This document shows positions 55,226-64,000 of a stretch of DNA of 64,000 bases, one piece after another (position 1 is the stretch's first letter; each line of letters starts with the position of its first letter). The stretch lies in contig CBDETK010000013.1 of the NCBI GenBank assembly GCA_965242865.1, positions 4,064,001 through 4,128,000 on the forward strand, read 5' to 3'. Source of the stretch: Candidatus Latescibacterota bacterium (GTDB lineage Bacteria; Latescibacterota; UBA2968; UBA8231). The translations under genes and the position numbers were made by a program. Under the pieces are notes generated by a model. The model was given only the letters and a program-made list of their open reading frames with translations. It made no database searches and was not told where the DNA came from.

Positions 55226-57220
55226 CTAGAAGGAGACCATTAGGCCGCCGTTAGCCGAGAAGCCGGGGTCTTGAAACTGCCACGGCATCTCAAAGGTTTG
55301 GTTGGTGATGTTGTACGGTTCGAGAAAGAGGTGCAAAGAGCCGATGCGCTGCTCTAGGCGGGCGTTCACCAGCGTGTACCCGTCGAAGATCTGGGCATCC
55401 TTGCTGACGTCCGAGTAAATGCCGCTGTAGGACTGCACTGAGACCGTCGCCCGCAAACCTTGCGTAAGGGTCAGGTGAACCCCGGCGCTGAGCGCGTTTT
55501 CCGGCACGAAGTTGATCTTGGCGCCGACCTTGCTCGGGTCTTCCGAGTTCTCCACCACTTCGGCGTTGGTGTAGGTGTAGTTGGCGAACCATTCTACCGT
55601 TTCGCTGAGGCGATGGGTAGCCTCTACTTCCACGCCGGCGGTCTCGGTGAGGCCGGCGTTGATGTCCTGCGACTGGGGTTTATCTGGAATCTCTCGCTGG
55701 ACGATCTGATCGTCGATCTGGATGGCGAATCCACGGACGCCGAGCCGCAATCCCTCTACCGGCTGGAAGTTTAGCCCCAAATCCAGACTGATCCCGGATT
55801 CCGGCTTGATGTCGGGATTCGGGAGATGACCGCTGTCCTCGCTGCCCAAGGGGACGGTGCCGCCTACCGACTTGAGGGAGGGTGCCTTGAAGCTGGTGCC
55901 CGAGTTGAAGTAGATAGCGAACATTTCGCTGTGGTTGTAGCGCACCCCGAAACTGGTTAGGAACTTGTTCCAAGAGTTGCTGTCGTCCCCTGGAGGAGCA
56001 CCCTGCAGCAGGTCGATGTCGTGGGAGATGCCGCTGTAACGCACCCCGCCGCGCAAGATGAAGCGGCTCAAATGCACCTCTTCTTGGGCGTAGAGGCCGA
56101 AAGCGGTGGCCGTGGCGTCGTTGCCGGGACTAACCGCGCCGGTCTCGCGAAAGGTCTCGTACGAGGCATGCTGATAGTCGGCCCCCACGGTGAGCACATC
56201 TGACTCGCGGGTTGTGAGGGAGAGGGAGAGGTCGGCCGGTATGACAGCTTGGTCAACTCCGTCCTCAGAGCGCAGTTCGCGGCTGGGGGGATCTTCCCAA
56301 ATGCCATCCTCCTCCCAGCGGCGCACGTAGTCGCGGTAGCCGATCTTGGCTTGGATGGTGGCTTTGTCGGAAATCGGGTTTGTGTACCCGGCGTTCAGGG
56401 TGGTGTAGATGTGGCCGAAGTCTCGATTGATGCGACCGGCGTCGCCGGTGTGCCAAGTGCGGTGGGCGTAGAGGGAGGCCCGTTGGCCGGTGTCGTTGAG
56501 GAAGTAGGTTCCTCGCATGTACATCTTGGTTTTCTCGTACTCCGGGTCGTCATCCATCTTCAGCCACGAGTCTTTGGTGCCGTAGTTGGTGTAGTCCGAA
56601 TCTTCGTGGTGGCCTCCGAAGAAGAGGTGGAGATTGCCGGCCGCGCGCTGGTGGAAGAAGCGGCCGCCGATGGTGTTGTAGGAGCCGTAGTAAGCCGAGG
56701 CGTTGGTGCGGGTGCTTCGGATGCGCTCCTTGAGGATGAAGTTGGCCGTCCCGGCCAGCGGCGATTGATTGCCGGCGAAGTCCATGGCCATATAGGTCGG
56801 GTAGAGCACTGAGGCCGACCCGCGCTGGTCTTCGACCCGCTGGAAGGCCCACGGGTCGAGGCTCTGGAGATCGACGAAGGCGTCAATCGGCAGGCCGTCG
56901 AGCATGTAGCCTTTGTACGTGTGCGCCAAGCCGCCGGAGGAGCCCCAGTTGGCGTCGTTGCGAGACAGCACATTGGCGAAATTGCCCGGGATGTACGAGA
57001 GCATCTCGGCGAGGTTGCCGTTGCCCAAGACCAGCGATCCCATGTCGTCGGCAGTGATAATGGAGATCTTTTGGGTCACATTCCCTGGGGTCTGCGGCAG
57101 CTTGGAGCCGGTGATGATCATTTCTCCCATTTCATAGACATCGTCATCGGCTTCGTCATCGGCCAGCACGGGTGCGCCGATGAGGAAAATGGGCAATGCA
57201 CTGAGAAGTAGGCGCTTCAT
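55226..57220 (-). CDS. TonB-dependent receptor
   Basis: Signal peptide, TonB-box-like EMIITGS, plug region, NPDIKPE, YNITN, C-terminal Phe; SD AGGAGA. Confidence 0.9.
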   Translation of the reverse strand: MKRLLLSALPIFLIGAPVLADDEADDDVYEMGEMIITGSKLPQTPGNVTQKISIITADDMGSLVLGNGNLAEMLSYIPGNFANVLSRNDANWGSSGGLAHTYKGYMLDGLPIDAFVDLQSLDPWAFQRVEDQRGSASVLYPTYMAMDFAGNQSPLAGTANFILKERIRSTRTNASAYYGSYNTIGGRFFHQRAAGNLHLFFGGHHEDSDYTNYGTKDSWLKMDDDPEYEKTKMYMRGTYFLNDTGQRASLYAHRTWHTGDAGRINRDFGHIYTTLNAGYTNPISDKATIQAKIGYRDYVRRWEEDGIWEDPPSRELRSEDGVDQAVIPADLSLSLTTRESDVLTVGADYQHASYETFRETGAVSPGNDATATAFGLYAQEEVHLSRFILRGGVRYSGISHDIDLLQGAPPGDDSNSWNKFLTSFGVRYNHSEMFAIYFNSGTSFKAPSLKSVGGTVPLGSEDSGHLPNPDIKPESGISLDLGLNFQPVEGLRLGVRGFAIQIDDQIVQREIPDKPQSQDINAGLTETAGVEVEATHRLSETVEWFANYTYTNAEVVENSEDPSKVGAKINFVPENALSAGVHLTLTQGLRATVSVQSYSGIYSDVSKDAQIFDGYTLVNARLEQRIGSLHLFLEPYNITNQTFEMPWQFQDPGFSANGGLMVSF

Positions 57221-57297
57221 TGAGCGTCTCCTTTTGGAAGAGGTAAGTGGGTGAGATAAAGCAGCATTAAACGAGGAAAAGCGACCTAGCGCAAGCC

Positions 57298-58143
57298 TTA
57301 AAGCCCCAAGATGCCGAGGCTATCGCGGTGGATTAAGGCGTGAATCGCGCGCTCGTCCAAGCGCGGCAAGGCCGTGCCAGCGAGCATTTTGTTCAGTCCG
57401 TACAGGCTGTCGATGGAGGCGTCGATCGTGGTAAAGGGGTAGTCGCTGCCAAACAGCAGCTTGTGCCAGACGCCGTATTCCTGCACCAGCATCAGGCTGT
57501 GGTAAAGCTGGAAAGGCCGATAGTGGAGGGCGCTGATGTCGGCATACACGTTGGGATGCTTGCGGATGACGGCCACGCACTCGCCCTCGTAGGGATGCGC
57601 TAGGTGGGCCATGATGATTTTGACTGTTGGGAAGCGGATGGCCACCGGGTCGAGGTGGCGCGGCAAGGTGCAGTCGAGCGGGGCCTGAGCGACAAAGGTG
57701 GTGCCGGTGTGCAACAGCACGGGCAGGTCGTGTTCGGCGGCATAGTGCCACAGCGGGTCGAGGCGTTGGTCGTGCGGATAGAACCCGGCGTACATGGAGA
57801 GCAGCTTGATGCCGCGGAGGCCGAGTTCTTGGTGCCCGTAGGCCATTTCGCGTTCCCAACCGTCTTGGGTGGGGTCGAGCGAGAGGAAGCCGATTAGCGC
57901 GTCTGGGTGGGCGGCGACGTAATCGGCGACGTAGCGGTCATCGACCCAGAGGCCGGCGCGTCGGGCCTTGCCGCCGAAGACGATGGTTTTGTCGCAGTGT
58001 TGCGCGCCGGCGCGATAGGCATCGTAGCTGACGGTTAGGTCGAGGGCCTCGTCGGCTTTGGCTACTTGGGCCGCTTGCTGGCGAAATTGGTCGGTGAAAT
58101 GCTCGGGGAATTGCCAAGCGTGGCTATGGACGTCGATTATCAT
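57298..58143 (-). CDS. Amidohydrolase family 2 protein
   Basis: IIDVHSH, LRGIKL, PVLLHTG, AHLAHP, NVYADIS, LLFGSDYP. Confidence 0.9.
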   Translation of the reverse strand: MIIDVHSHAWQFPEHFTDQFRQQAAQVAKADEALDLTVSYDAYRAGAQHCDKTIVFGGKARRAGLWVDDRYVADYVAAHPDALIGFLSLDPTQDGWEREMAYGHQELGLRGIKLLSMYAGFYPHDQRLDPLWHYAAEHDLPVLLHTGTTFVAQAPLDCTLPRHLDPVAIRFPTVKIIMAHLAHPYEGECVAVIRKHPNVYADISALHYRPFQLYHSLMLVQEYGVWHKLLFGSDYPFTTIDASIDSLYGLNKMLAGTALPRLDERAIHALIHRDSLGILGL

Positions 58144-58214
58144 GGAATAGATGATATAGGATTGTTTAGGGAATTATATAGATGCCTAAGCAGGGTGCAT
58201 CGGCATAAAATCTC

Positions 58215-58302
58215 TACAAATTTTGCTAAACTTGGTTAAATTTGTAAAACATTCGAGTTCAAAAACTTTGACGAATTTGCCAAATTTGGTTAAATCGTCA
58301 AA
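58215..58302. promoter_or_regulatory. Two related AT-rich palindromes in a divergent promoter region
   Basis: TACAAATTT-N14-AAATTTGTA at 58215-58246 and a near-perfect 36-bp palindrome at 58267-58302; shared core GCYAAAYTTGGTTAAAT. Confidence 0.6.
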
Positions 58303-58443
58303 AAAACCCTATCCGCTTAGACAACTATATAAGCCCCTTTACTTGTTTGTTTGCGGTTACATAACTATCTTTCAAAATGCTTAACGATTTTGTATCTTGG
58401 ATAAAACAATTACAAACACATGGACAAAACAAGGAGAAACCTA

Positions 58444-60852
58444 ATGCAGCGTATGCTATCGCTATTCATCTTCCTCACCCTGTTGGGCGTAGGCGGCCTA
58501 GTGCTCGGTTCTACGGCTTGGGCTGATGGACACGAGGCCGCAGGCGTCAAGACCTATGAGGTCGGCGTCGAGATTGAGCCGCTGGAGTTGCCGGCGGTCA
58601 CGGGCGGTACGCCGCCGCTGACGTACAGCGTGTCGGGGCTGCCGGCAGGCTTGTCGTTTGACCCGGCCACGCGGACGATTTCGGGTACGCCCGAAGCCGT
58701 GGGCGAAGCGACCGTCACGTACACGGTTACGGACGCCGCAGGGGCTTCGAGTTCCGTGCCGTTTCTCGTGGAGGTCGTGGAGCCTGCTTTGGACGCGCCG
58801 GACAGGTTGATCGCCCAAGACTACATGGGGGCGGACGGTTCGGGCGACCAAGGCGGCTTTTTGCTGCTGACGTGGCCCCTGTCGGACGATCACGCCACGC
58901 TCGACGGCTATCGCATCTTCCGCGAGGTCCAAGTGACGCAGGGTTTGGCTCCGGTTGAGGCTGAAGAGGCTGAAGAGGGCGCAGACGAGGGGGAGGAGCC
59001 CGCGGAGCACATCCACGAGCATTTTCACGCGCATACCGAGGTCACCCATACGCACGCCCATACGCACGACGGAAGCGATGAAGCCCATGCCCACGACCAT
59101 CTCGAAGTTGCCGAAGTTACTGACGAAGCGGGCGAAGCCGACGATCCGGTCGTTCAAGGGGTCGTCGAGCTAGACGCGCCGGCGATGGAGATGATGCCGT
59201 GGGCGGTGGTGGATGCGGTGCCGGGTGTTGCCATTGGCCGCGCCATCGTCGCAACGCTCGACAATGTTGCGAGCAACTGGGGCATTGTGGCCGAGCGCGC
59301 CGGCGAGACCACGTTGATAACGGCGAAGGCCGCGTTTGTCCGCGCCGGCGATCTGAGCCAGCCCTACGAGCAGATGGCCGCAACGCTGCTGGCCAGCCGC
59401 GCGGCCGCCCAAGCTGGGGACGCGCCCGTGTTCGCCATGCTGCTGCCGGAAGCTCTCGCTTTTGCCGAGGGCGTGGCGCCCAAGCTGAATCTCGTGGCGT
59501 CGGGGCTGGAGCGTTCGCCCCTGACCGTTACCGAAGAGCCAGCGCGCGCGATTGACAACATCGCGCCGGCCGCCGTGCCGTTTCTGAGCGCGTTGGACGC
59601 GCCCAACGACGAGGGCAGCCGCATCGCGCTGATGTGGACGCGCTCGCCGTCCGACCGGCTCGTGCGAGGCGTTGCTGGGGCCGTTGGCCCGGCCGCGTCC
59701 GCGCCCGTCGCTGGCGTCGCCGGGTACGGCGTCTATCGCCGTGCGGCCGGTGCCGACGAATTCGTCTTGGTCGGTCGGGTCGCTGCGGGGGCTACGGCGT
59801 TTGTCGATGAAACCGCGCTCAACGGTGTGCATTACACCTATCAGGTGCGGGCCTACGACGCAGACAACGAAACCGCTTCGGTTGAGCAGACGGCACTGGC
59901 CGTGCGCAACCAAGTCGTCGATAGCGAAGGCCGCGTCCTGTTGGGCCTGTTTGGCGCGGACAACCGCGTCGGCTTTGACGATTTCTTCCTCTTGGCCGAT
60001 ATGTTCGGTCTGACGGCCGAAGACGCTGCGTTTGATCCGGCTTTTGACCTCGCGCCCAGCGCCCAGCCGCAGATTGATTTCGACGACTTCTTCGTGTTTG
60101 CCGATTACTTTGGGCGCAGCACGGGCGCGGCCGCCAAGCGCGTGCCCCGGCAGGCCGGTCTGAATGCGGATGCGCGGCTGTACCTAGAGGCGCAGACGGG
60201 GCTGCCGAGCGTGGGCGAGGACATCGTCCTCAACGTGCGGGTGGCCGATTTTGTCGCGCTGAGCGGCTACGGTCTGCAAGTGGAGTACGACGCTGATAAG
60301 CTGGCGTTTGTCGAGGTGCTCACCGAGCAGCCGCTGGGGGCCGGTGCGTTGGCCGCGCCGCAGGTGTTGGCTGACGAAGCAGGCGTCTTAGCGGTGGCCG
60401 CGCACGGGGATGTGGTCGCCGAAGGCGAGGTGGGGTTGAGCTTGGTCTTCCGCGCTACGGCCGCGATTGAGAACACGGTCCTCGAGATCACGGACAGCCA
60501 GCTATACGATAGCGAGTTCGGCGTCAACCGCCTCGGGCGGCCGATGCCGGTGGCGTTGCAGACGCGCCCGGAGGCCTTCGCGTTGGCGAACAACTATCCC
60601 AACCCGTTCAATCCGGCGACGACGATCCAATACGCGCTGCCGCAGGCGGCGGACGTGGAGTTGACCGTATATAATGTAGTCGGTCAGGTGGTGCGGACGT
60701 TGGTGGCCCAGCACCAGAACGCGGGACGCTACACGGTGGCGTGGGACGCGACCGACGATGGCGGGCATAGCCTGTCGTCCGGGATGTATTTCTATCACCT
60801 GCAAGCGGGCGACGAGTTCCGCGAAGTCAGGAAGATGCTGTTGCTCAAGTGA
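58444..60852 (+). CDS. Secreted multi-domain protein: putative Ig, His-rich insert, FN3-like, dockerin-like, cohesin-like and FlgD-Ig/T9SS-like C-terminal domain
   Basis: SD AGGAGA before ATG 58444; [19 protein letters not shown]; YTYQVRA; duplicated FDDFF..AD.FG; [12 protein letters not shown]; [17 protein letters not shown]...RKMLLLK. Confidence 0.85.
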   Translation: MQRMLSLFIFLTLLGVGGLVLGSTAWADGHEAAGVKTYEVGVEIEPLELPAVTGGTPPLTYSVSGLPAGLSFDPATRTISGTPEAVGEATVTYTVTDAAGASSSVPFLVEVVEPALDAPDRLIAQDYMGADGSGDQGGFLLLTWPLSDDHATLDGYRIFREVQVTQGLAPVEAEEAEEGADEGEEPAEHIHEHFHAHTEVTHTHAHTHDGSDEAHAHDHLEVAEVTDEAGEADDPVVQGVVELDAPAMEMMPWAVVDAVPGVAIGRAIVATLDNVASNWGIVAERAGETTLITAKAAFVRAGDLSQPYEQMAATLLASRAAAQAGDAPVFAMLLPEALAFAEGVAPKLNLVASGLERSPLTVTEEPARAIDNIAPAAVPFLSALDAPNDEGSRIALMWTRSPSDRLVRGVAGAVGPAASAPVAGVAGYGVYRRAAGADEFVLVGRVAAGATAFVDETALNGVHYTYQVRAYDADNETASVEQTALAVRNQVVDSEGRVLLGLFGADNRVGFDDFFLLADMFGLTAEDAAFDPAFDLAPSAQPQIDFDDFFVFADYFGRSTGAAAKRVPRQAGLNADARLYLEAQTGLPSVGEDIVLNVRVADFVALSGYGLQVEYDADKLAFVEVLTEQPLGAGALAAPQVLADEAGVLAVAAHGDVVAEGEVGLSLVFRATAAIENTVLEITDSQLYDSEFGVNRLGRPMPVALQTRPEAFALANNYPNPFNPATTIQYALPQAADVELTVYNVVGQVVRTLVAQHQNAGRYTVAWDATDDGGHSLSSGMYFYHLQAGDEFREVRKMLLLK

Positions 60853-60864
60853 GGCCGATGCTAT

Positions 60865-60963
60865 CGTCATTCCCGCGAACGCGGGAATCCAGTCCTGTTC
60901 GGCTTGGTCCTTTTCTGGATTCCCGCTTGCGCGGGAATGACGTTTCAGTTCGCGGGAATGACG
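60865..60963. repeat. ATTCCC-N-GGGAAT type REP doublet (dRS3-like) plus an extra half site
   Basis: CGTCATTCCCGCGAACGCGGGAATCCAG ... CTGGATTCCCGCTTGCGCGGGAATGACG, then CGCGGGAATGACG. Confidence 0.85.
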
Positions 60964-61024
60964 CCTGAGGGACGTAACGGACATAAGGAACTTACTTTTT
61001 AATTTCCACGGAGGGTTAAACAGA

Positions 61025-64000
61025 ATGAAATCAGCAAAGGAATTTCTACGCACTTGGTTGCTGGCCGTTAGCTTGGCGTTGGGATGGGCCGGTGCTGCGG
61101 TCGCGGAGATTACCTTATCGGTAGATAAGCCTAAGATCCGCGAGGAGGCCGGGAAGACCGAGATCACAGTGACCGCCAAGATGGACGCGGATGCGACGGC
61201 GAACACGGCTGTGGCCTTGGTTTTAGGCACCAGCGCCGCTCCCGTTATCGGTGCCGGCAACACGCTTGATAACCATGGTCGTTTTACGCCTGGTACTGGA
61301 ACCCATTGGTACTATGCGGGGACTAGGCCGGGGGGCGACTGGAAAAGCTGGTACAATACCCGCTCCCATATCAACAGCCGCTTCGCCATCACCCTGCCGA
61401 CCATCGTGATTCCCAAGGGCAAGAAAGAGGCGACCGGGACGGTCATCCTCACGCCCACGAACAATGACGATCGCGGTTTTTACAATACCTACGACGATTT
61501 CACCATTCCTCATGACCTTGACGACGACTATCCCAAACGCTATCCCGATCTCGTCATCGAAATCGACGGCCTCGCCGGCGGCCAGACCGTCACGCCGGTG
61601 GAGATTCAAGTCGTTGACGACGAAAAGCTGAGCAGTCAGTTAGACCTTTCGTTTTCGCCGGCCAGCCTGAGCAAGGACGCGGGGCCGACCCAAGTTACCG
61701 TGACCGCGACCTTAAACGGCGGCACCCTGCGGTCGGACCAGACCTTTAACTTGGTTTTCACCAATGCCTCGGGCCTTGATGCCGCTGATTACCCGCAGGG
61801 GATTACTTTCTCCAACATCCTGACGCGCGATACGGATTACTCGGCGACGGCCGCGTCCCTCACCCTGCGCCGGAACAAGACGTCCGCGAAGGCGACGATT
61901 ACCATCGATCCCAAAGGCAAGGCGGGGCGCATTGTGCTCAAGGGTTCGCGGAGGGCGGTCCTCAAAGGCGTTGACTTGAACCTCGATGGGGATAGAAGAG
62001 ACACTTTGAGTACTTTTACAGCAGGTATCTATGTTGCTGCGCCCAGGCGAGTTCAGTTCAACGAACTCAGCCTAGGCTGCCGCACTTCCACCACCGGCGG
62101 CCCCCTTTCCCAACACGATGTCAACTTTGATGGGCGTTGCTACGGCATTCTTAGGGAAGCGAGACTCGGCGTTGACCTAAACGGCGATGGGGAGATTAGA
62201 CAACCGGCTAACAATGGCGTGATTTCTACTGATCCTGCTGATTTTGATCTCTGGGCAAGCGAAGAAGACGCCGCGGCCGCAGCGGAAGAGATAGACTTCG
62301 TCCATGACAAGCATCCGGGTGCTACGATTGTTTCGGGAGTGCCAAATGTAGGTGAAGAGTCGGATCCGGCTAGGTTTGGGTTGATTGAAAGCCTCTTGCC
62401 TCAGTACGTTACGATTCCCCCCCATTTCTTTGAGATAAAGTTCGCCCCCATCGTCGATCTCAAAGACCCGGAAGGCGGGCTGAGCGCGACCCCGGCGACG
62501 ATCCGCGAGGGGGCCGGGCGGTCGAATATCTCCCTGACAGTCACCTTGAATACTGCCCTAGAGGACGATGCGCGGGTGACGTTCACCATTGAGCCGGAAG
62601 AGGGCCGGCGCGACATCGATTACACAATCTCCCTGAGCGATCTCACCATTCCGGCCGGCGCCACCTCGGCTACAGCGACGCTTACCGTGACCCCGGTCGA
62701 TAACTCGATAGTGAATGCCTCGCGGAGCTTCATCGTGGTCGCCACGGTGGGGGATGGCTTCACCGAGGCGCGCGAGACCATTACCATTGTGGACGACGAG
62801 ACCCAGAGCTCCGAGATCACGCTGGTGGTGGCACCGCGGGAACTGACGGCCGGCGCGGGGACGCAAGAGATTACGGTGGTCGCCACCTTAGACGGCGAAG
62901 TGTTCGACGAGGACGTGCCCATAGTCTTGGTCGTCACCACCGATACGGACGCCGACGGCGACATGGATGCCGACGACAAAGCAGCCGTCCGCGACACCGA
63001 ATACACGGCCACGCTGCGGCCGCTGACGATCCCGGCCGGCAAGGTCAGCGGCTCGACGGTCGTGTCGATCACCCCGTTGGAAGGCGGCGACAAAAGGATC
63101 GGCCTGACCGCGCTGAAAAGCCCAGTCAAGAACGACGACGACGAGGACGTCACAGTCAGCACGGCGGTGATAACGCTGAAAGATGGCGACCCGGCCGCGC
63201 CGACGGCCCCGGACGCCCTCCGTTTCGTAGATGACATTGACGTGGTATCGACGGTGTTCGAGTACACGGTCGGCACGGCCATTGAGCCGTTCATCCTGCC
63301 GGCCGCGACCGGCGGCGTGGGCAACAAGATGTACAGCGTGTCCGCGAGCCTGCCGGCCGGGCTGTCGTTTGACGCGATCACCCGCACCCTGTCAGGCACG
63401 CCCACGGTGGCCGACACCGCCACCGTCATCTACACGGTCATTGACAGCGCCCCGGCCCCAGTCAACACCGATGCTCTCAGCCTCACCTTTGAGATCGGGT
63501 CGGCCCCGCCGCCCACGGTGAAGGTCGCCAGTGTGATCTCAACGCATTCGTCCGTGCGCGAAAACGGGGAGACGACCGCCATCCTCCTAACGGCGTCGCT
63601 GGCCGCTCCGTCGGCCAAGGCCGAGACGGTCCTGTTCACGATTGTCGCGCCTAGCGAGGGCACGCCGGCCGCACGCGATGCGGATTACACGGCCTCGCTC
63701 GGCGGCTCGGTCGTCATTGCCGCCGGCGAAACCGAGGGCCGGACGCTGCTGACCCTCACCCCCCTCGACAACGAGGAGGTCGATGGCAATCGGTTCTTGG
63801 GCGTGCAGGCGAAAGCCTCGGGCGGCGCAGCGCAGACGGACATCAAGATCGCCGACGACGAAACGCCGGCTACGGCCTTTGCCCTGTCGGTGGAGCCGCA
63901 CACGGTCAGCGAGGACGCCGGGGTGACCGAGGTTACGGTCACCGCGACCTTGGACGGCAAGGGGTTGGACGAGGAGACTACCGTAACCGTTATGGTCGAT
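61025..64000 (+). CDS. Large secreted adhesin-like protein with Calx-beta-like repeats and a putative Ig domain, 3'-truncated by the window (absent from the ORF track)
   Basis: GGAGG upstream; signal peptide MKSAKEF...GAAVA; read by hand as open for 992 codons; repeated IREGAG, RD.DY, LTIPAG, TITIVDDE motifs; [18 protein letters not shown]. Confidence 0.85.
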   Translation, partial: MKSAKEFLRTWLLAVSLALGWAGAAVAEITLSVDKPKIREEAGKTEITVTAKMDADATANTAVALVLGTSAAPVIGAGNTLDNHGRFTPGTGTHWYYAGTRPGGDWKSWYNTRSHINSRFAITLPTIVIPKGKKEATGTVILTPTNNDDRGFYNTYDDFTIPHDLDDDYPKRYPDLVIEIDGLAGGQTVTPVEIQVVDDEKLSSQLDLSFSPASLSKDAGPTQVTVTATLNGGTLRSDQTFNLVFTNASGLDAADYPQGITFSNILTRDTDYSATAASLTLRRNKTSAKATITIDPKGKAGRIVLKGSRRAVLKGVDLNLDGDRRDTLSTFTAGIYVAAPRRVQFNELSLGCRTSTTGGPLSQHDVNFDGRCYGILREARLGVDLNGDGEIRQPANNGVISTDPADFDLWASEEDAAAAAEEIDFVHDKHPGATIVSGVPNVGEESDPARFGLIESLLPQYVTIPPHFFEIKFAPIVDLKDPEGGLSATPATIREGAGRSNISLTVTLNTALEDDARVTFTIEPEEGRRDIDYTISLSDLTIPAGATSATATLTVTPVDNSIVNASRSFIVVATVGDGFTEARETITIVDDETQSSEITLVVAPRELTAGAGTQEITVVATLDGEVFDEDVPIVLVVTTDTDADGDMDADDKAAVRDTEYTATLRPLTIPAGKVSGSTVVSITPLEGGDKRIGLTALKSPVKNDDDEDVTVSTAVITLKDGDPAAPTAPDALRFVDDIDVVSTVFEYTVGTAIEPFILPAATGGVGNKMYSVSASLPAGLSFDAITRTLSGTPTVADTATVIYTVIDSAPAPVNTDALSLTFEIGSAPPPTVKVASVISTHSSVRENGETTAILLTASLAAPSAKAETVLFTIVAPSEGTPAARDADYTASLGGSVVIAAGETEGRTLLTLTPLDNEEVDGNRFLGVQAKASGGAAQTDIKIADDETPATAFALSVEPHTVSEDAGVTEVTVTATLDGKGLDEETTVTVMVD

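Noticed and set aside
57221-57297. Cobalamin riboswitch upstream of the TonB receptor
   Set aside because: Only 77 bp of intergenic space and no B12-box motif.
60502-63960. Several minus-strand ORFs at the right end
   Set aside because: Antisense shadows of the long plus-strand genes, mainly the adhesin ORF starting at 61025.

Overview
GC-rich bacterial chromosomal segment, densely coding, with no rRNA, tRNA, CRISPR array or transposase that I can support. Two secreted proteins end in an NxPNPFNP-type (FlgD-Ig/T9SS-like) sorting domain, one carries dockerin/cohesin-like modules, and a Calx-beta adhesin runs off the right edge. This suggests a non-Bacteroidetes FCB-group organism such as Latescibacterota or Gemmatimonadota (inference). 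Housekeeping and metabolic genes: recD2, glcD, sat, uvrA-like, moaB, glutaminyl cyclase, and a tightly packed gltA-hpf-pntA1-pntA2-pntB-gltB-gltD run. Accessory genes: a DUF4011-helicase-Vsr-DUF3320 (Hhe-like) defence protein, an AAA-PD-(D/E)xK protein, an AlbA_2/Schlafen-HATPase protein, two toxin-antitoxin pairs plus one remnant, and a TonB receptor-ABC-RcnA-like metal locus. Most promising unexplained systems: (1) an OPT-like transporter with a large soluble insertion, coupled to a tandem-domain protein and a stand-alone PqqD/RRE protein, with no RiPP enzymes nearby; (2) a nucleotidyltransferase-divergent UvrA operon; (3) a possible surface metal-capture locus with a His-rich secreted protein and twin palindromes; (4) an unknown AT-rich domain fused to a UPF0175 antitoxin. 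Several ORF-track starts were corrected by hand. All family calls come from motif recognition, not database searches.
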